From: Candidatus Uhrbacteria bacterium
Lineage (GTDB): Bacteria; Patescibacteriota; Patescibacteriia; UBA9934
Assembly (NCBI GenBank): GCA_943359345.1
Contig: CALRHE010000001.1
Coordinates: forward strand, 67,995 to 120,103
DNA length: 52,109 nucleotides
Direction: 5' to 3'
Part shown: in pieces, positions 28,280-37,406 of the stretch
Position numbering within the stretch: the first letter of the stretch is position 1
Layout: each line of letters starts with the position of its first letter
The notes under the pieces: generated by a model
The model's database searches: none
What the model was told of the DNA's origin: nothing
Seen by the model: the letters and a program-made list of their open reading frames with translations, nothing else
Translations under genes and position numbers: made by a program

Positions 28280-28308
28280 AGAGTAACAGAAGATTATCTT
28301 AACATCAA
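28280..28308 (-). promoter_or_regulatory. Putative sigma70 promoter for the yqeY-hflX-pilin/adhesin run
   Basis: Minus strand TTGATG-17 nt-TACTCT with TGn extension. Confidence 0.55.
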
Positions 28309-28322
28309 TGACTTTTATTTTT

Positions 28323-28450
28323 ATTAACACAGATTAGTGAAGAACAATTACAGATTTTACACAGATTGTGAATAAACGAAAAACGAGCTGCTAGGCTCGT
28401 TTTTCATATCTGTTTAATCTGTCATCACTGAGTCACTAATCTGTGTTAAT
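28323..28450. repeat. ACAGAT/ATCTGT-unit long inverted repeat enclosing a terminator hairpin
   Basis: Perfect 18-bp IR ATTAACACAGATTAGTGA (28323-28340 / 28433-28450) with further ACAGAT units inside. Confidence 0.85.
28378..28405 (-). terminator. Rho-independent terminator downstream of rpsU
   Basis: GAAAAACGAGC-TGCTAG-GCTCGTTTTTC. Confidence 0.75.
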
Positions 28451-28471
28451 CAACAGATGAGGTTTCAGATT

Positions 28472-28726
28472 TTAATTTCTCTTTTTAGTAGCGCGCAAAT
28501 CTTCCTCGCGCACTTTACCGGTTTTAAGCATGTATTCACGTCGTTCGCCCATGTCCTTACGGCGCACGGCGCTTTCATGGAGCTTATTCTTATTCGGCTT
28601 CTTGGTAAAGAAACGTCCAGACCGAACGTCCAGAGGCTTACCACTTTGCTGAATACGACGAGTAAAGCGTCGGAATAACGCTTCAAAACTCTCACCTTTC
28701 TTTCTTTTTACTTCAATATCAGACAC
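28472..28726 (-). CDS. rpsU: 30S ribosomal protein S21
   Basis: IEVKRKKGESFEALFRRF...FFTKKP; strong SD AAAGGAGGGTGA upstream of the GTG; rpsU-yqeY synteny. Confidence 0.88.
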   Translation of the reverse strand: MSDIEVKRKKGESFEALFRRFTRRIQQSGKPLDVRSGRFFTKKPNKNKLHESAVRRKDMGERREYMLKTGKVREEDLRATKKRN

Positions 28727-28805
28727 AAAATATATTTCACCCTCCTTTCAGGGTGCCAGGATGGTAACACAGCTCAAAACACCTGTAAAGCCAGGAGGGC
28801 CCTAT

Positions 28806-28833
28806 CAAAAACCGCCAGTTTAGGCGGTTTTTG
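28806..28833 (-). terminator. Terminator hairpin overlapping the stop of the 88-aa ORF
   Basis: CAAAAACCGCC-AGTTTA-GGCGGTTTTTG. Confidence 0.75.
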
Positions 28834-29086
28834 TCTCGAGCCTACTCAAACGCTGTTCGTGATCATCGAACTTCGGTTTCACCATTTCTTCCAGAGTATC
28901 GTGTACACCCTCGAGAATACGATTTTCCATGGTCTCAAGCTTCCTATCTGTACGGACCTCTGAAGCCTTAATCTCTTGACGCAGGATATCAGTCTGAATA
29001 CGCAGCCGATCATCGATCGAGGTGTCGACAGCTTCCTTGAAGACCTTCAGTTCTTCTTTCAAGATTTCTCTGGTCAATTGCTCCAT
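28820..29086 (-). CDS. Small coiled-coil hypothetical protein
   Basis: 88-aa charged heptad-like ORF ending DHEQRLSRLE; 17 nt after the hisS stop. Confidence 0.7.
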   Translation of the reverse strand: MEQLTREILKEELKVFKEAVDTSIDDRLRIQTDILRQEIKASEVRTDRKLETMENRILEGVHDTLEEMVKPKFDDHEQRLSRLETKTA

Positions 29087-29103
29087 ACACCATCAACTAT
29101 ACA

Positions 29104-30450
29104 CTATTCCTTCTGCTTTTTCTTGTTGTCCTGCAAACGTTTGGCAACGATGCCGACTACCTTCTCAACGTCCACAATTTCCTGGGCGCCGGCTTCCATG
29201 TCACGAATAATAATCGTGCCGTCCAGCACCTCTTTCTGACCAAGAATAATAGCAATCGAGGCTTGCATTTTATCGGCGATCTCAAGCTGAGCTTTAAGAT
29301 TGCCCTTGGCAAAGGCTTCGGCTACGTTCAAGTCTGACTGACGTAACTTTTCAAAGATCTTCAAACCCTTGCGCCGAGCGGCTTCACCCAACTGACAGAA
29401 AAACACATCCGCTACGCGCCGACTATCAGGCATGGCGTTAGCTGTCTTCATGGCCAACAGAATCCGCTCGATACCAAGTGCGGCTCCCACAGCACCCGTA
29501 GCCTCGCGGCCACCCAGGAGTGGGATCAAGCCGTCATAACGACCACCACCACCAAGTGCTAGCTGACTGCCGTTTTCACCAATCGGATTAGTCGACACCA
29601 GTTCAAACACAGTCTTGGTGTAATAATCTAAACCACGCACCAAAAATGGATTGAGCGTATATGGCACTTCGGCTTCGTCCAAATATTCAAGCACCTTCAT
29701 GAAGTGCTGTTTAGTTTCGTCATCCAAATATTCAATCAGTTGCGGTGCCCCGGCCTTTAGCTCTTCCATGCCAGCTTCTTTAGAGTCGAGCAAGCGTAAA
29801 GGATTACGTTGCAAGCGCTTCAAATCAGTCTCATTCAACTTCTTAGCGTGACCCTTGAAGTATTTGGCCAGGTCTGAGGTGTACGACTTACGAATGGCTG
29901 CCGTGCCCAAAGAATTGATTTGGACTATGGTCTCAACACCTAGATCCTTACAGAAATTGTAAGCCATCAGAATAATCTGTGCGTCCAGCACGGAATCATC
30001 TGAACCCATGGCTTCAAGGCCCAATTGCCAGAATTGACGATAACGACCAGCTTGGGGGCGTTCATGACGAAAGAAAGGCTCAAGGTACCAAAGTTTGACT
30101 GGCTGGGGCTGGTTCAACATGCCGTGCTCAATGTAAGCCCTGGCCACCGAGGCTGTGCCCTCTGGTCGCAAAGTCATTTTGACCCCACCCTGATCAACAA
30201 ACGTAAACATCTCCTTTTCAACAATATCCGTGTCCTTACCAATACTCCGCTCGAAAACTGAAGTAGCTTCCAGGGCCGGCAAACGAATCCTGCCAAAACC
30301 GTAGGCTTGCGTAAGCTTACGGGCGACATCGTCTATTTTGTCCCAGGCTGCCTGCTCATCAGGCAAAATATCCCTAAAACCGCGAAGTGTCTCTAAAGTT
30401 CTCAACTTTTTAGCTGACTTTGTGGGCTCTACCTTAGGCTTTACGGACAT
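29104..30450 (-). CDS. hisS: Histidine--tRNA ligase
   Basis: RGFRDILP, LRPEGTA, FRHERPQAGRYRQFWQ, LVRGLDYY, GGGGRYDGL, ALGIERI. Confidence 0.98.
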   Translation of the reverse strand: MSVKPKVEPTKSAKKLRTLETLRGFRDILPDEQAAWDKIDDVARKLTQAYGFGRIRLPALEATSVFERSIGKDTDIVEKEMFTFVDQGGVKMTLRPEGTASVARAYIEHGMLNQPQPVKLWYLEPFFRHERPQAGRYRQFWQLGLEAMGSDDSVLDAQIILMAYNFCKDLGVETIVQINSLGTAAIRKSYTSDLAKYFKGHAKKLNETDLKRLQRNPLRLLDSKEAGMEELKAGAPQLIEYLDDETKQHFMKVLEYLDEAEVPYTLNPFLVRGLDYYTKTVFELVSTNPIGENGSQLALGGGGRYDGLIPLLGGREATGAVGAALGIERILLAMKTANAMPDSRRVADVFFCQLGEAARRKGLKIFEKLRQSDLNVAEAFAKGNLKAQLEIADKMQASIAIILGQKEVLDGTIIIRDMEAGAQEIVDVEKVVGIVAKRLQDNKKKQKE

Positions 30451-30536
30451 AGCTAAAACACAATTAGTTGGCAACTTGATACCTTAAAATCCAGAATTAA
30501 GCAACCCTGAGAGCTGTTTGAGGCAAAATCTCAAGG

Positions 30537-31157
30537 CTACTCATTGTATTCTGGGAGTGGAAACGAGCCAATTTTTTCGAGCGGTAAACCGCGGATCCAG
30601 ACTCGACCAATCAAATTTTCCTCAGGCACCGGACCAAAAGCCCGGCTATCAAAACTGGCATCTCGGTTGTCGCCCATTAGATAGTACTCGTCCTCACCTA
30701 AGGTTTCACTATCACGACCAGGCGTGTAGTCATCTATATAGTCTTCCGTCAACACAAAACCGTTAGGATTGTCTGCATTATAAATGGTGATCTTGCCATC
30801 ATTAACCTCGACCTCCTCGCCTGGTAAACCGATCATGCGCTTAATATAAAATTGCTTTTCCTCGCCTGATGGCGGATGAAAAACTACAATTTCTCCCCGC
30901 TCTGGCTGTCTGAAATGAAAGCTGAGCTCATCAATGATCAGGTACTCCCCATCCTCAAAGTTTGGCTCCATGGAAACACCCGCCACCACAAATGGCTGGA
31001 CTAAAAAATAGCGGACTGGCAAAATAATCGCTAAAGCCAGGGCGGCAATTTGTACAATTTCAACAACAAAGGTGGCTACCGCTCCCAAGGTTGGACCAAA
31101 CCAACGCACGAACGACGAGGTAGTCGAGGTGCGAGTCTTACGACGAAAAAAAGCCAT
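30537..31157 (-). CDS. lepB: Signal peptidase I
   Basis: GVSMEP (Ser), YIKRMIGLPG (Lys), GDNRDASFDSR. Confidence 0.96.
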   Translation of the reverse strand: MAFFRRKTRTSTTSSFVRWFGPTLGAVATFVVEIVQIAALALAIILPVRYFLVQPFVVAGVSMEPNFEDGEYLIIDELSFHFRQPERGEIVVFHPPSGEEKQFYIKRMIGLPGEEVEVNDGKITIYNADNPNGFVLTEDYIDDYTPGRDSETLGEDEYYLMGDNRDASFDSRAFGPVPEENLIGRVWIRGLPLEKIGSFPLPEYNE

Positions 31158-31214
31158 AGATGCTCAGTATCTTACCACGCCCCCAGGTACCCGTCTACGT
31201 TATACAGGCTGAAC

Positions 31215-33656
31215 TTACAGGCTCGGCAAGCTTGAGGGTGGTTCTACACCCTCAAGTGGTACTTCAGGTGCAATCGGGCCGGGATCAGCTGGCGCCTCGC
31301 CACCAGCTTCAAGGTTAGCAATTGCGTCTTTTACCACCTGGTCGTCTGGATTCAGTCTTGCAACCCGCTTAAGCAGCGTGAGCGCAGTTTCGGTATCGCC
31401 TGCTTGTGAATGCAAGGCAGCCAAGTACCACATGGCATTACTATAATCAGGGTAAATTTCCAAAATACGTTCTAGTTCAGCTTCAGCCTCAGTGCTACGT
31501 TCCATTTTGAGATAAATAATTGCTAGCTGGAAACCAAGCCCGACATCGTTAGGCTGAACTTGAGTTAATGCTTGCAGGCGCTCTGCGGCACCTTCAAGAT
31601 TACCCTGGCGTTCATAGGTAGCCGCTAAATAATAATGCGCGGGAGCGTAATCTGGTTTAAGTTGAATGGCCTTTTCAAAATTTTCAGCAGCCAGACGAAG
31701 ATTTTCAATTTCGTTAGTGGCAGCCGTAGCTTTAATTTCAGTCTCAACGTCTGCAAGCCCCTGTAAGTCTTCGGCGCGATCAGCCACCGCCAAGTAGACA
31801 CGCCCAAGATCGGTCTGGTAAGCAGGGTTGTTTGGCTCGATGACCAAAGCCTGAACATACATATTGGCCGCATAATTCTGAGCGTTCTGGATGAAGGGCA
31901 TGAGTTCACGATAAATCGAACCGCTAATGGCCCAGTTCACACTGTCAAACTCACCCAAAGCCGTTGCTTGCCTGGCCGCCCGAATAGACGCATCTGCCAA
32001 ACTAGCTAGACGCTGCTTATCTGCAGTACCAAAATCTTGATCAGCCAGTGCTTCGTTTAGCACCACTCCGGCTTGCGCTAAATAGGCCGTAGCCAGATTA
32101 CGCATGAACACAGCGTTCGAACCATCACGCTGGACAACCTTAATCATCTGATCCACCAAGATCTCGGCCGTGGCCCCCTGGCTACTCAGACGTGCAGCCT
32201 TAGCAAAAGCGATTTCAGCCGAATGTCGGGAAGCTAAGGCAAACATCGTCAGTAAACCAACGACTACAAATACCACTAGTCCGCTCGTAACACACAGAGC
32301 CGTACGCGGCGCCTGACTAAAATCTAGCTGGCGCACTTGGCGCACTGACTGAGCCACTAAAAGCCCACTCAAACCCCAGACCAAAATCACGAGCGACATG
32401 TTAAGCGGTGTCAATAACTGTACAGCTAAGAGTGATACCCAACCAGCTAAGAGCGCGTAATTCAAGCGCCAAGCTGGTTGTTGACGCCCAGCTATAATCC
32501 TACCAAAACTAATCGCAGTCACCACGACTAACAGCCCGAGCCAACTGGCTAAGCCCAACACGCCGTTCGTGGCTAAGAGCGTGAGGGGATGCATCTGGGC
32601 TCGATCAAAAGGTGTATTCCAAAAAATCGTGTTATTGACAGCCACCGGTCTAAAATGAGCGTAGTCAAGATCAAAACTGCCTGGCCCTGAACCGAACAGC
32701 AAGCTCTGAAGATTTTGCTGTACCGTCTGATTAGCTATGTCCCAACTAGCGTTAGTGGACGGGGACACCACCACCGGCACCTTTAAATTAAGCGGCGTTT
32801 TTATCAATAAAAATATACTCGCAATTGCAAACAAAACTATGGGTAGAGTAAAACGACGCAGGCTTGGGAAGTGACTAGCCTCTAAGTACGCCAAGAACAT
32901 CAGGGCCGCTAAACCAAACATGAAGGCAGCCCAGAGTGTCCAAAAATCAATCGCGACCAATAAGAGTACGGTCACAAAACACACAAAACCAATAAGTAAG
33001 CGTGTAAAAATTCCGCTTGTCCCAACAGGAATAAGCGAACTCTCATCGTCACTGTCTACCAACACAAAACCCAACCCCACCACACACACCGGGATTAACC
33101 AAGCTACAAAAGCATTAATATTCCCAATGCTGTTAAAACCAATCGTCTGGGTGAAAGCAAACGGAATAAAATGCACTCCAATGATGGAAAATAAACTAAA
33201 CAAACCTATAACGCCGGCGGATATCATAAGCGCCAGCAATGACCGGCGCGCCAATCCGCTGTCGCCAGACTGCATGAGTGTATAAAACAGGCTGACACCG
33301 CAAGCTGCAGTTAAAAAACTAACATACTCCTGACCGCCATAGCCTAACCAAGATTCCAATCCGGCCACAGACAATGAGGCGGACATTAAGAGCGCAATTA
33401 GCATCAAGATGGGCAGCAGGTTAAGCAGCCAGCCACCACGCAGATTGATACGACGCTCAATCACCATGCTGCCTAGTAATCCAGTAGTTGCCAGCAACAC
33501 CAACACCACCATGACCAACTGTTTATTCATTTCCAAGGCTTCAGTTGTAAAGGGGGCAAAAACCAGAGGCAACAAAAAAAACACTGCCAGAATACTCCAA
33601 TGCGTCAGCGCTCGGAGCGGCTTTAAGAGCTTTTCAAAAGATACCTGGCTAGACAT
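31215..33656 (-). CDS. Multi-TM O-antigen-ligase-like protein with C-terminal TPR repeats
   Basis: About 12 TM segments, LLFGSGPGSF loop and LLATNGVLG; TPR motifs (AIQLKPDYAPAHYYLA, PDYSNAMWYLA). Confidence 0.8.
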   Translation of the reverse strand: MSSQVSFEKLLKPLRALTHWSILAVFFLLPLVFAPFTTEALEMNKQLVMVVLVLLATTGLLGSMVIERRINLRGGWLLNLLPILMLIALLMSASLSVAGLESWLGYGGQEYVSFLTAACGVSLFYTLMQSGDSGLARRSLLALMISAGVIGLFSLFSIIGVHFIPFAFTQTIGFNSIGNINAFVAWLIPVCVVGLGFVLVDSDDESSLIPVGTSGIFTRLLIGFVCFVTVLLLVAIDFWTLWAAFMFGLAALMFLAYLEASHFPSLRRFTLPIVLFAIASIFLLIKTPLNLKVPVVVSPSTNASWDIANQTVQQNLQSLLFGSGPGSFDLDYAHFRPVAVNNTIFWNTPFDRAQMHPLTLLATNGVLGLASWLGLLVVVTAISFGRIIAGRQQPAWRLNYALLAGWVSLLAVQLLTPLNMSLVILVWGLSGLLVAQSVRQVRQLDFSQAPRTALCVTSGLVVFVVVGLLTMFALASRHSAEIAFAKAARLSSQGATAEILVDQMIKVVQRDGSNAVFMRNLATAYLAQAGVVLNEALADQDFGTADKQRLASLADASIRAARQATALGEFDSVNWAISGSIYRELMPFIQNAQNYAANMYVQALVIEPNNPAYQTDLGRVYLAVADRAEDLQGLADVETEIKATAATNEIENLRLAAENFEKAIQLKPDYAPAHYYLAATYERQGNLEGAAERLQALTQVQPNDVGLGFQLAIIYLKMERSTEAEAELERILEIYPDYSNAMWYLAALHSQAGDTETALTLLKRVARLNPDDQVVKDAIANLEAGGEAPADPGPIAPEVPLEGVEPPSSLPSL

Positions 33657-33745
33657 AAATGCTTTAACGGTTGCAAAAATAATAGCATGGCCAATCCAGC
33701 CTTGGCGAATACCTATCTTTAGGCTATACTCAAAATATTTTTATT

Positions 33746-35284
33746 ATGCAGGATCCTGACTCAGTTGATTTCCTAAAACCCCACCATGACCTCCCTGCTC
33801 AGAGCCTGAGTGGGGCGAATCTGGCTGCAGCCAAAACCCCTGCCCCTATTCGGGCTCGTCCGCTCAAAGGCCGTATTTCTAGACGCACAAAATTAGCCTT
33901 TTTTGGTCTGGCTATTCTGATGGCTGGTAGCTACTTGCTAGCCACGGGCATTACCTCAACCGCCTCAAGTGAACCCCAAGATAATTTGTCTTTTTTGGCC
34001 TCACTCAAACGTTTAGTGGTGTCGGGCGACAAAATGGTCTCCGGTCAAGACACAGACCGTGTCAATTTTCTTTTGCTCGGCGTGGGCGGCAGTGGTCACG
34101 ATGGTGCGGAGTTAACCGACAGCATTATCCTGGGGAGTTTAAAGCCCTCAACCAAAGAGGTGGGTTTGATTTCCATCCCGCGTGACCTGAACGTCTACTT
34201 GGACGATTATGGTTATCGCAAAATCAATAACGTCAACGCTTTTGCCGAATCGGAAAAACATGGGAGTGGCCCCGAGGCCACAGCCAAGGTAGTAACAGAG
34301 ATCCTGGGTGAAGATGTGCATTACACGGTCAAGGTGGACTTTGGTGGCTTTGCAGACATTATCAACACTCTGGGTGGGATCGATGTGTACGTTGAAGACT
34401 CGTTCACGGATCCTGCTTATCCGCTTGATGATGATCTTGGGAGCGTGGAAACCATCAGCTTCACACAGGGCTGGACGCATATGAACGGAGCAACGGCTCT
34501 CAAATTTGCCCGCTCTCGTCATGGGTCAAACGGTGAAGGCTCAGATTTTGCACGCGCCGCTCGTCAACAAAAAATCCTCTTAGCCGTTAAAGACAAGGCC
34601 TTGTCACTGGGTGTGCTTTTAAATCCCGCTAAACTCAGCCGCATCCTCGGCACCGTTCAAGACAACGTCAATACCAATCTCACGCTCTGGGAAATGATGC
34701 GCTTCATCAAGTACATTCCCGATATTTCAAGTAACAATATCGCCATGCACGTGCTCGACAATCGTAGCGGTCTGCTCTATGACGCTAACTATAATGGCGC
34801 CTATGTACTTCTCCCATACGAAGAAGATTGGAGCGAACTCCACGCGCTGGCCAATAATATCTTCCAAAAATCACCCAATGATCCAAGCTTTACAACTGCC
34901 AAGCCAGCAACCACATCGTCCTTAAATGTCACCGTCGAAATCCAAAATGGGACTGGCACAACTGGACTGGCCTCACAAACCGCTCAACTGCTTGAAGGCT
35001 CGGGCTTTAAGGTGGTAACCGTTGGTAACGCTCTTAATCGAGAGTCAGCCAAAACGATTATTTATGATCTGACCGATGGTCAAAAAGATCAGGAGCTAGC
35101 TGCACTTAAGGACTACTTATCGGCCGAGGTGTATATGTCGACCAAGGGCTACCTGGCGGCTGACGATGTGGTCCCAGATGAGGTCCTGGCGGGCACACCT
35201 GGAGTCGAGCTTGTGACCAGTACCACAGACATTGACTTTTTGATAATTTTAGGCCAAGATTCAACAAATCTCGTGCTCCGCTAA
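33746..35284 (+). CDS. LCP (LytR-CpsA-Psr) family protein with LytR_C domain
   Basis: NFLLLG, LTDSI, ISIPRD, FARSRH, SDFARAARQQ; C-terminal VEIQNGTGTTGLA...IILGQD. Confidence 0.93.
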   Translation: MQDPDSVDFLKPHHDLPAQSLSGANLAAAKTPAPIRARPLKGRISRRTKLAFFGLAILMAGSYLLATGITSTASSEPQDNLSFLASLKRLVVSGDKMVSGQDTDRVNFLLLGVGGSGHDGAELTDSIILGSLKPSTKEVGLISIPRDLNVYLDDYGYRKINNVNAFAESEKHGSGPEATAKVVTEILGEDVHYTVKVDFGGFADIINTLGGIDVYVEDSFTDPAYPLDDDLGSVETISFTQGWTHMNGATALKFARSRHGSNGEGSDFARAARQQKILLAVKDKALSLGVLLNPAKLSRILGTVQDNVNTNLTLWEMMRFIKYIPDISSNNIAMHVLDNRSGLLYDANYNGAYVLLPYEEDWSELHALANNIFQKSPNDPSFTTAKPATTSSLNVTVEIQNGTGTTGLASQTAQLLEGSGFKVVTVGNALNRESAKTIIYDLTDGQKDQELAALKDYLSAEVYMSTKGYLAADDVVPDEVLAGTPGVELVTSTTDIDFLIILGQDSTNLVLR

Positions 35285-35304
35285 GTCGAGAAGGTCGGCG
35301 TTTT

Positions 35305-36675
35305 ATGCAAACTGCCCCAAAAGCCGTGCTTATCGGCCGAACTAACGTCGGCAAGTCTTCGCTTTTCAACAAAATGATTGAAGAGCAAAAGTCACTTGTA
35401 TCAGAGGTTGCTGGCACCACCCGCGACCGTTTTGAGGCTGACTGTATCTGGCGCGGCAAGATTATCCGCATGGTAGACACGGGTGGGCTTGACGTCGACC
35501 AAAGCCACGAAATCGAAAAAAACGTGGTTGAGCAAGCCAACATCGCTATTGAACAAGCTGACATTATTTTGTTCTTGGTGGATGTTAATGTCGGACCCAT
35601 GGCTGACGATCTTGAGATTGCGCGCCGGCTGCTTAAAAGTGGCAAGCCCGTAATCGCAGTTGGCAACAAAGCCGACAACGCCATGCTGCGACGTCGTGCC
35701 AGTGGTGATGACTGGAAGTCCTGGCCGCTCAATCGTCCTTTTGCTATTAGCGCCAAACAAGGTGTTGGCGTTGGAGATTTATTGGATGAAATCACTAACA
35801 CGCTTATCAAAGCTGGTAAGCCGCCGGCTGACGTGGCCGAGATTCTCCCCATGCGCATTTGTGTGCTTGGCGAACCCAACGTCGGCAAGTCGACCCTCCT
35901 GAACGCAGTTCTCGGTGAGAAGCGTTTTATTACCGCCAACGTGCCTCACACCACGCGCGAACCCAACGACGCACTTGTAGAACATAATGACCAGACCTAT
36001 AAATTTATTGATACCGCTGGCGTACGTAAGCAGGCTGCTAGGCGCAACTCCGGGACCACTTTGGAAAAAATCGGGGCTGAAAAAACTTTGGACATGGTCG
36101 CTAAAGCTGACGTGGCTTTGTTTGTACTTGATATTACCAAAGAGATCAGCACTCAAGAACGTCATCTAGCTGGGGTTCTTCAAGACTCTAAGGTGAGTGT
36201 CATCATCATTGCCAACAAGTGGGACCTGATCCCGAATAAAACCACCACCAGTGTCAACGACTACGAAAAGATTATTCGTGGTTTCTTGCCACAACTCAAA
36301 TACGCACCAATTTTGTTTACCTCTGCACTGACGGGTAAACGAGCACAGGATATTTTTGACCTGATCGCTACCGTTTTCCAAACCCGCTTTACTCAACTCT
36401 CAGATGACGAAGCTAAGCAATTCATGAGCAAAGCTATCGTGCGCCACAAACCGACACGGGGTAAAGGTGTAAAAAGCCCTAAAATCGTGTCTTTCCGTCA
36501 GTCACACATTAATCCTCCGGTCTTTGCTCTGTCAGTGAACTTGTCACGGACTGATTCATTAGCCACAGCCTACGTCCGTTTCCTGGAAAATATTCTCCGT
36601 GAACAGTACGACTTCACGGGCACGCCAATCCGGATTAAAATTGAAGTTGACCGTAAGTCTCACACCACGTACTAA
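35305..36675 (+). CDS. der: Ribosome biogenesis GTPase Der (EngA)
   Basis: Two G domains (GRTNVGKS...GTTRD...DTGG...NKAD; GEPNVGKS...DTAG...NKWD) and KH-like C-terminus FTGTPI. Confidence 0.98.
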   Translation: MQTAPKAVLIGRTNVGKSSLFNKMIEEQKSLVSEVAGTTRDRFEADCIWRGKIIRMVDTGGLDVDQSHEIEKNVVEQANIAIEQADIILFLVDVNVGPMADDLEIARRLLKSGKPVIAVGNKADNAMLRRRASGDDWKSWPLNRPFAISAKQGVGVGDLLDEITNTLIKAGKPPADVAEILPMRICVLGEPNVGKSTLLNAVLGEKRFITANVPHTTREPNDALVEHNDQTYKFIDTAGVRKQAARRNSGTTLEKIGAEKTLDMVAKADVALFVLDITKEISTQERHLAGVLQDSKVSVIIIANKWDLIPNKTTTSVNDYEKIIRGFLPQLKYAPILFTSALTGKRAQDIFDLIATVFQTRFTQLSDDEAKQFMSKAIVRHKPTRGKGVKSPKIVSFRQSHINPPVFALSVNLSRTDSLATAYVRFLENILREQYDFTGTPIRIKIEVDRKSHTTY

Positions 36676-36685
36676 TTGATAACGT

Positions 36686-37246
36686 ATGAGTTTGTTGATT
36701 GTGGGACTAGGCAACCCAGGTAAGGAATATACAGGCACACGCCACAACACCGGTTTTCTGGCGGTCGAGGCCCTGGCTGCAGCTCTTCAAGAAAAATGGA
36801 AGCTAGACAAAGCTGCCAAGGCCGAAGTTATTGAAACACGTTATTTTGATACCAAAATTATCCTAGCTAAGCCCCAGACGTACATGAATCTATCCGGCCA
36901 GAGCGTGGCCAGCTTAATGACGACTTTTAATGTGACAGTCGAGGATGTTTGGATTGTGTCTGATGACGTGGCTCTCCCACTTGGTACTCTACGCATTCGT
37001 ACAGGCGGGAGTGCCGGCGGACACAATGGTCTAAAATCGGTCATCGAACAACTCGGCAGCGAAAACTGTGTGCGTTTCCGGCTTGGCGTCAACGAACCCC
37101 CAGCCAAGCTGCCGCTTGAAAATTACGTGCTCCAGAAATTTTCCAAGAGCGAGCTGAAAACGCTCGGAAAAGTCATCGAAAAAACTCGTGAGCTCATTTT
37201 GAAAAGTATCGCCGAGGGGGTTGCTGATACTTCAGTGACTGCCTAA
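36686..37246 (+). CDS. pth: Peptidyl-tRNA hydrolase
   Basis: LIVGLGNPG, TRHNTGF, KPQTYMNLSG, GGHNGLKS. Confidence 0.98.
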   Translation: MSLLIVGLGNPGKEYTGTRHNTGFLAVEALAAALQEKWKLDKAAKAEVIETRYFDTKIILAKPQTYMNLSGQSVASLMTTFNVTVEDVWIVSDDVALPLGTLRIRTGGSAGGHNGLKSVIEQLGSENCVRFRLGVNEPPAKLPLENYVLQKFSKSELKTLGKVIEKTRELILKSIAEGVADTSVTA

Positions 37247-37314
37247 CCTGATGCTTATAGAAATACGGGCCGGATAAATACACCCTTCTAGTTACTGGTA
37301 CCTCTAATCAATGT

Positions 37315-37355
37315 AATATTTTTCAAACGCGACACTGTCGCGTTTGAAAAATATT
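37315..37355. repeat. Perfect 41-bp palindrome upstream of dprA
   Basis: AATATTTTTCAAACGCGACA-C-TGTCGCGTTTGAAAAATATT (20-bp arms, 1-nt centre). Confidence 0.95.
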
Positions 37356-37406
37356 GACCAATGTTTATAGGCCTAAAATAGACTCAGGTTCAGGTAAACT
37401 TCCGCC

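Noticed and set aside
35106-35939. 277-aa antisense ORF and other long antisense ORFs across housekeeping genes
   Set aside because: Antisense shadows of der, ftsZ, ftsA, topA and the giant gene, with no independent motifs.
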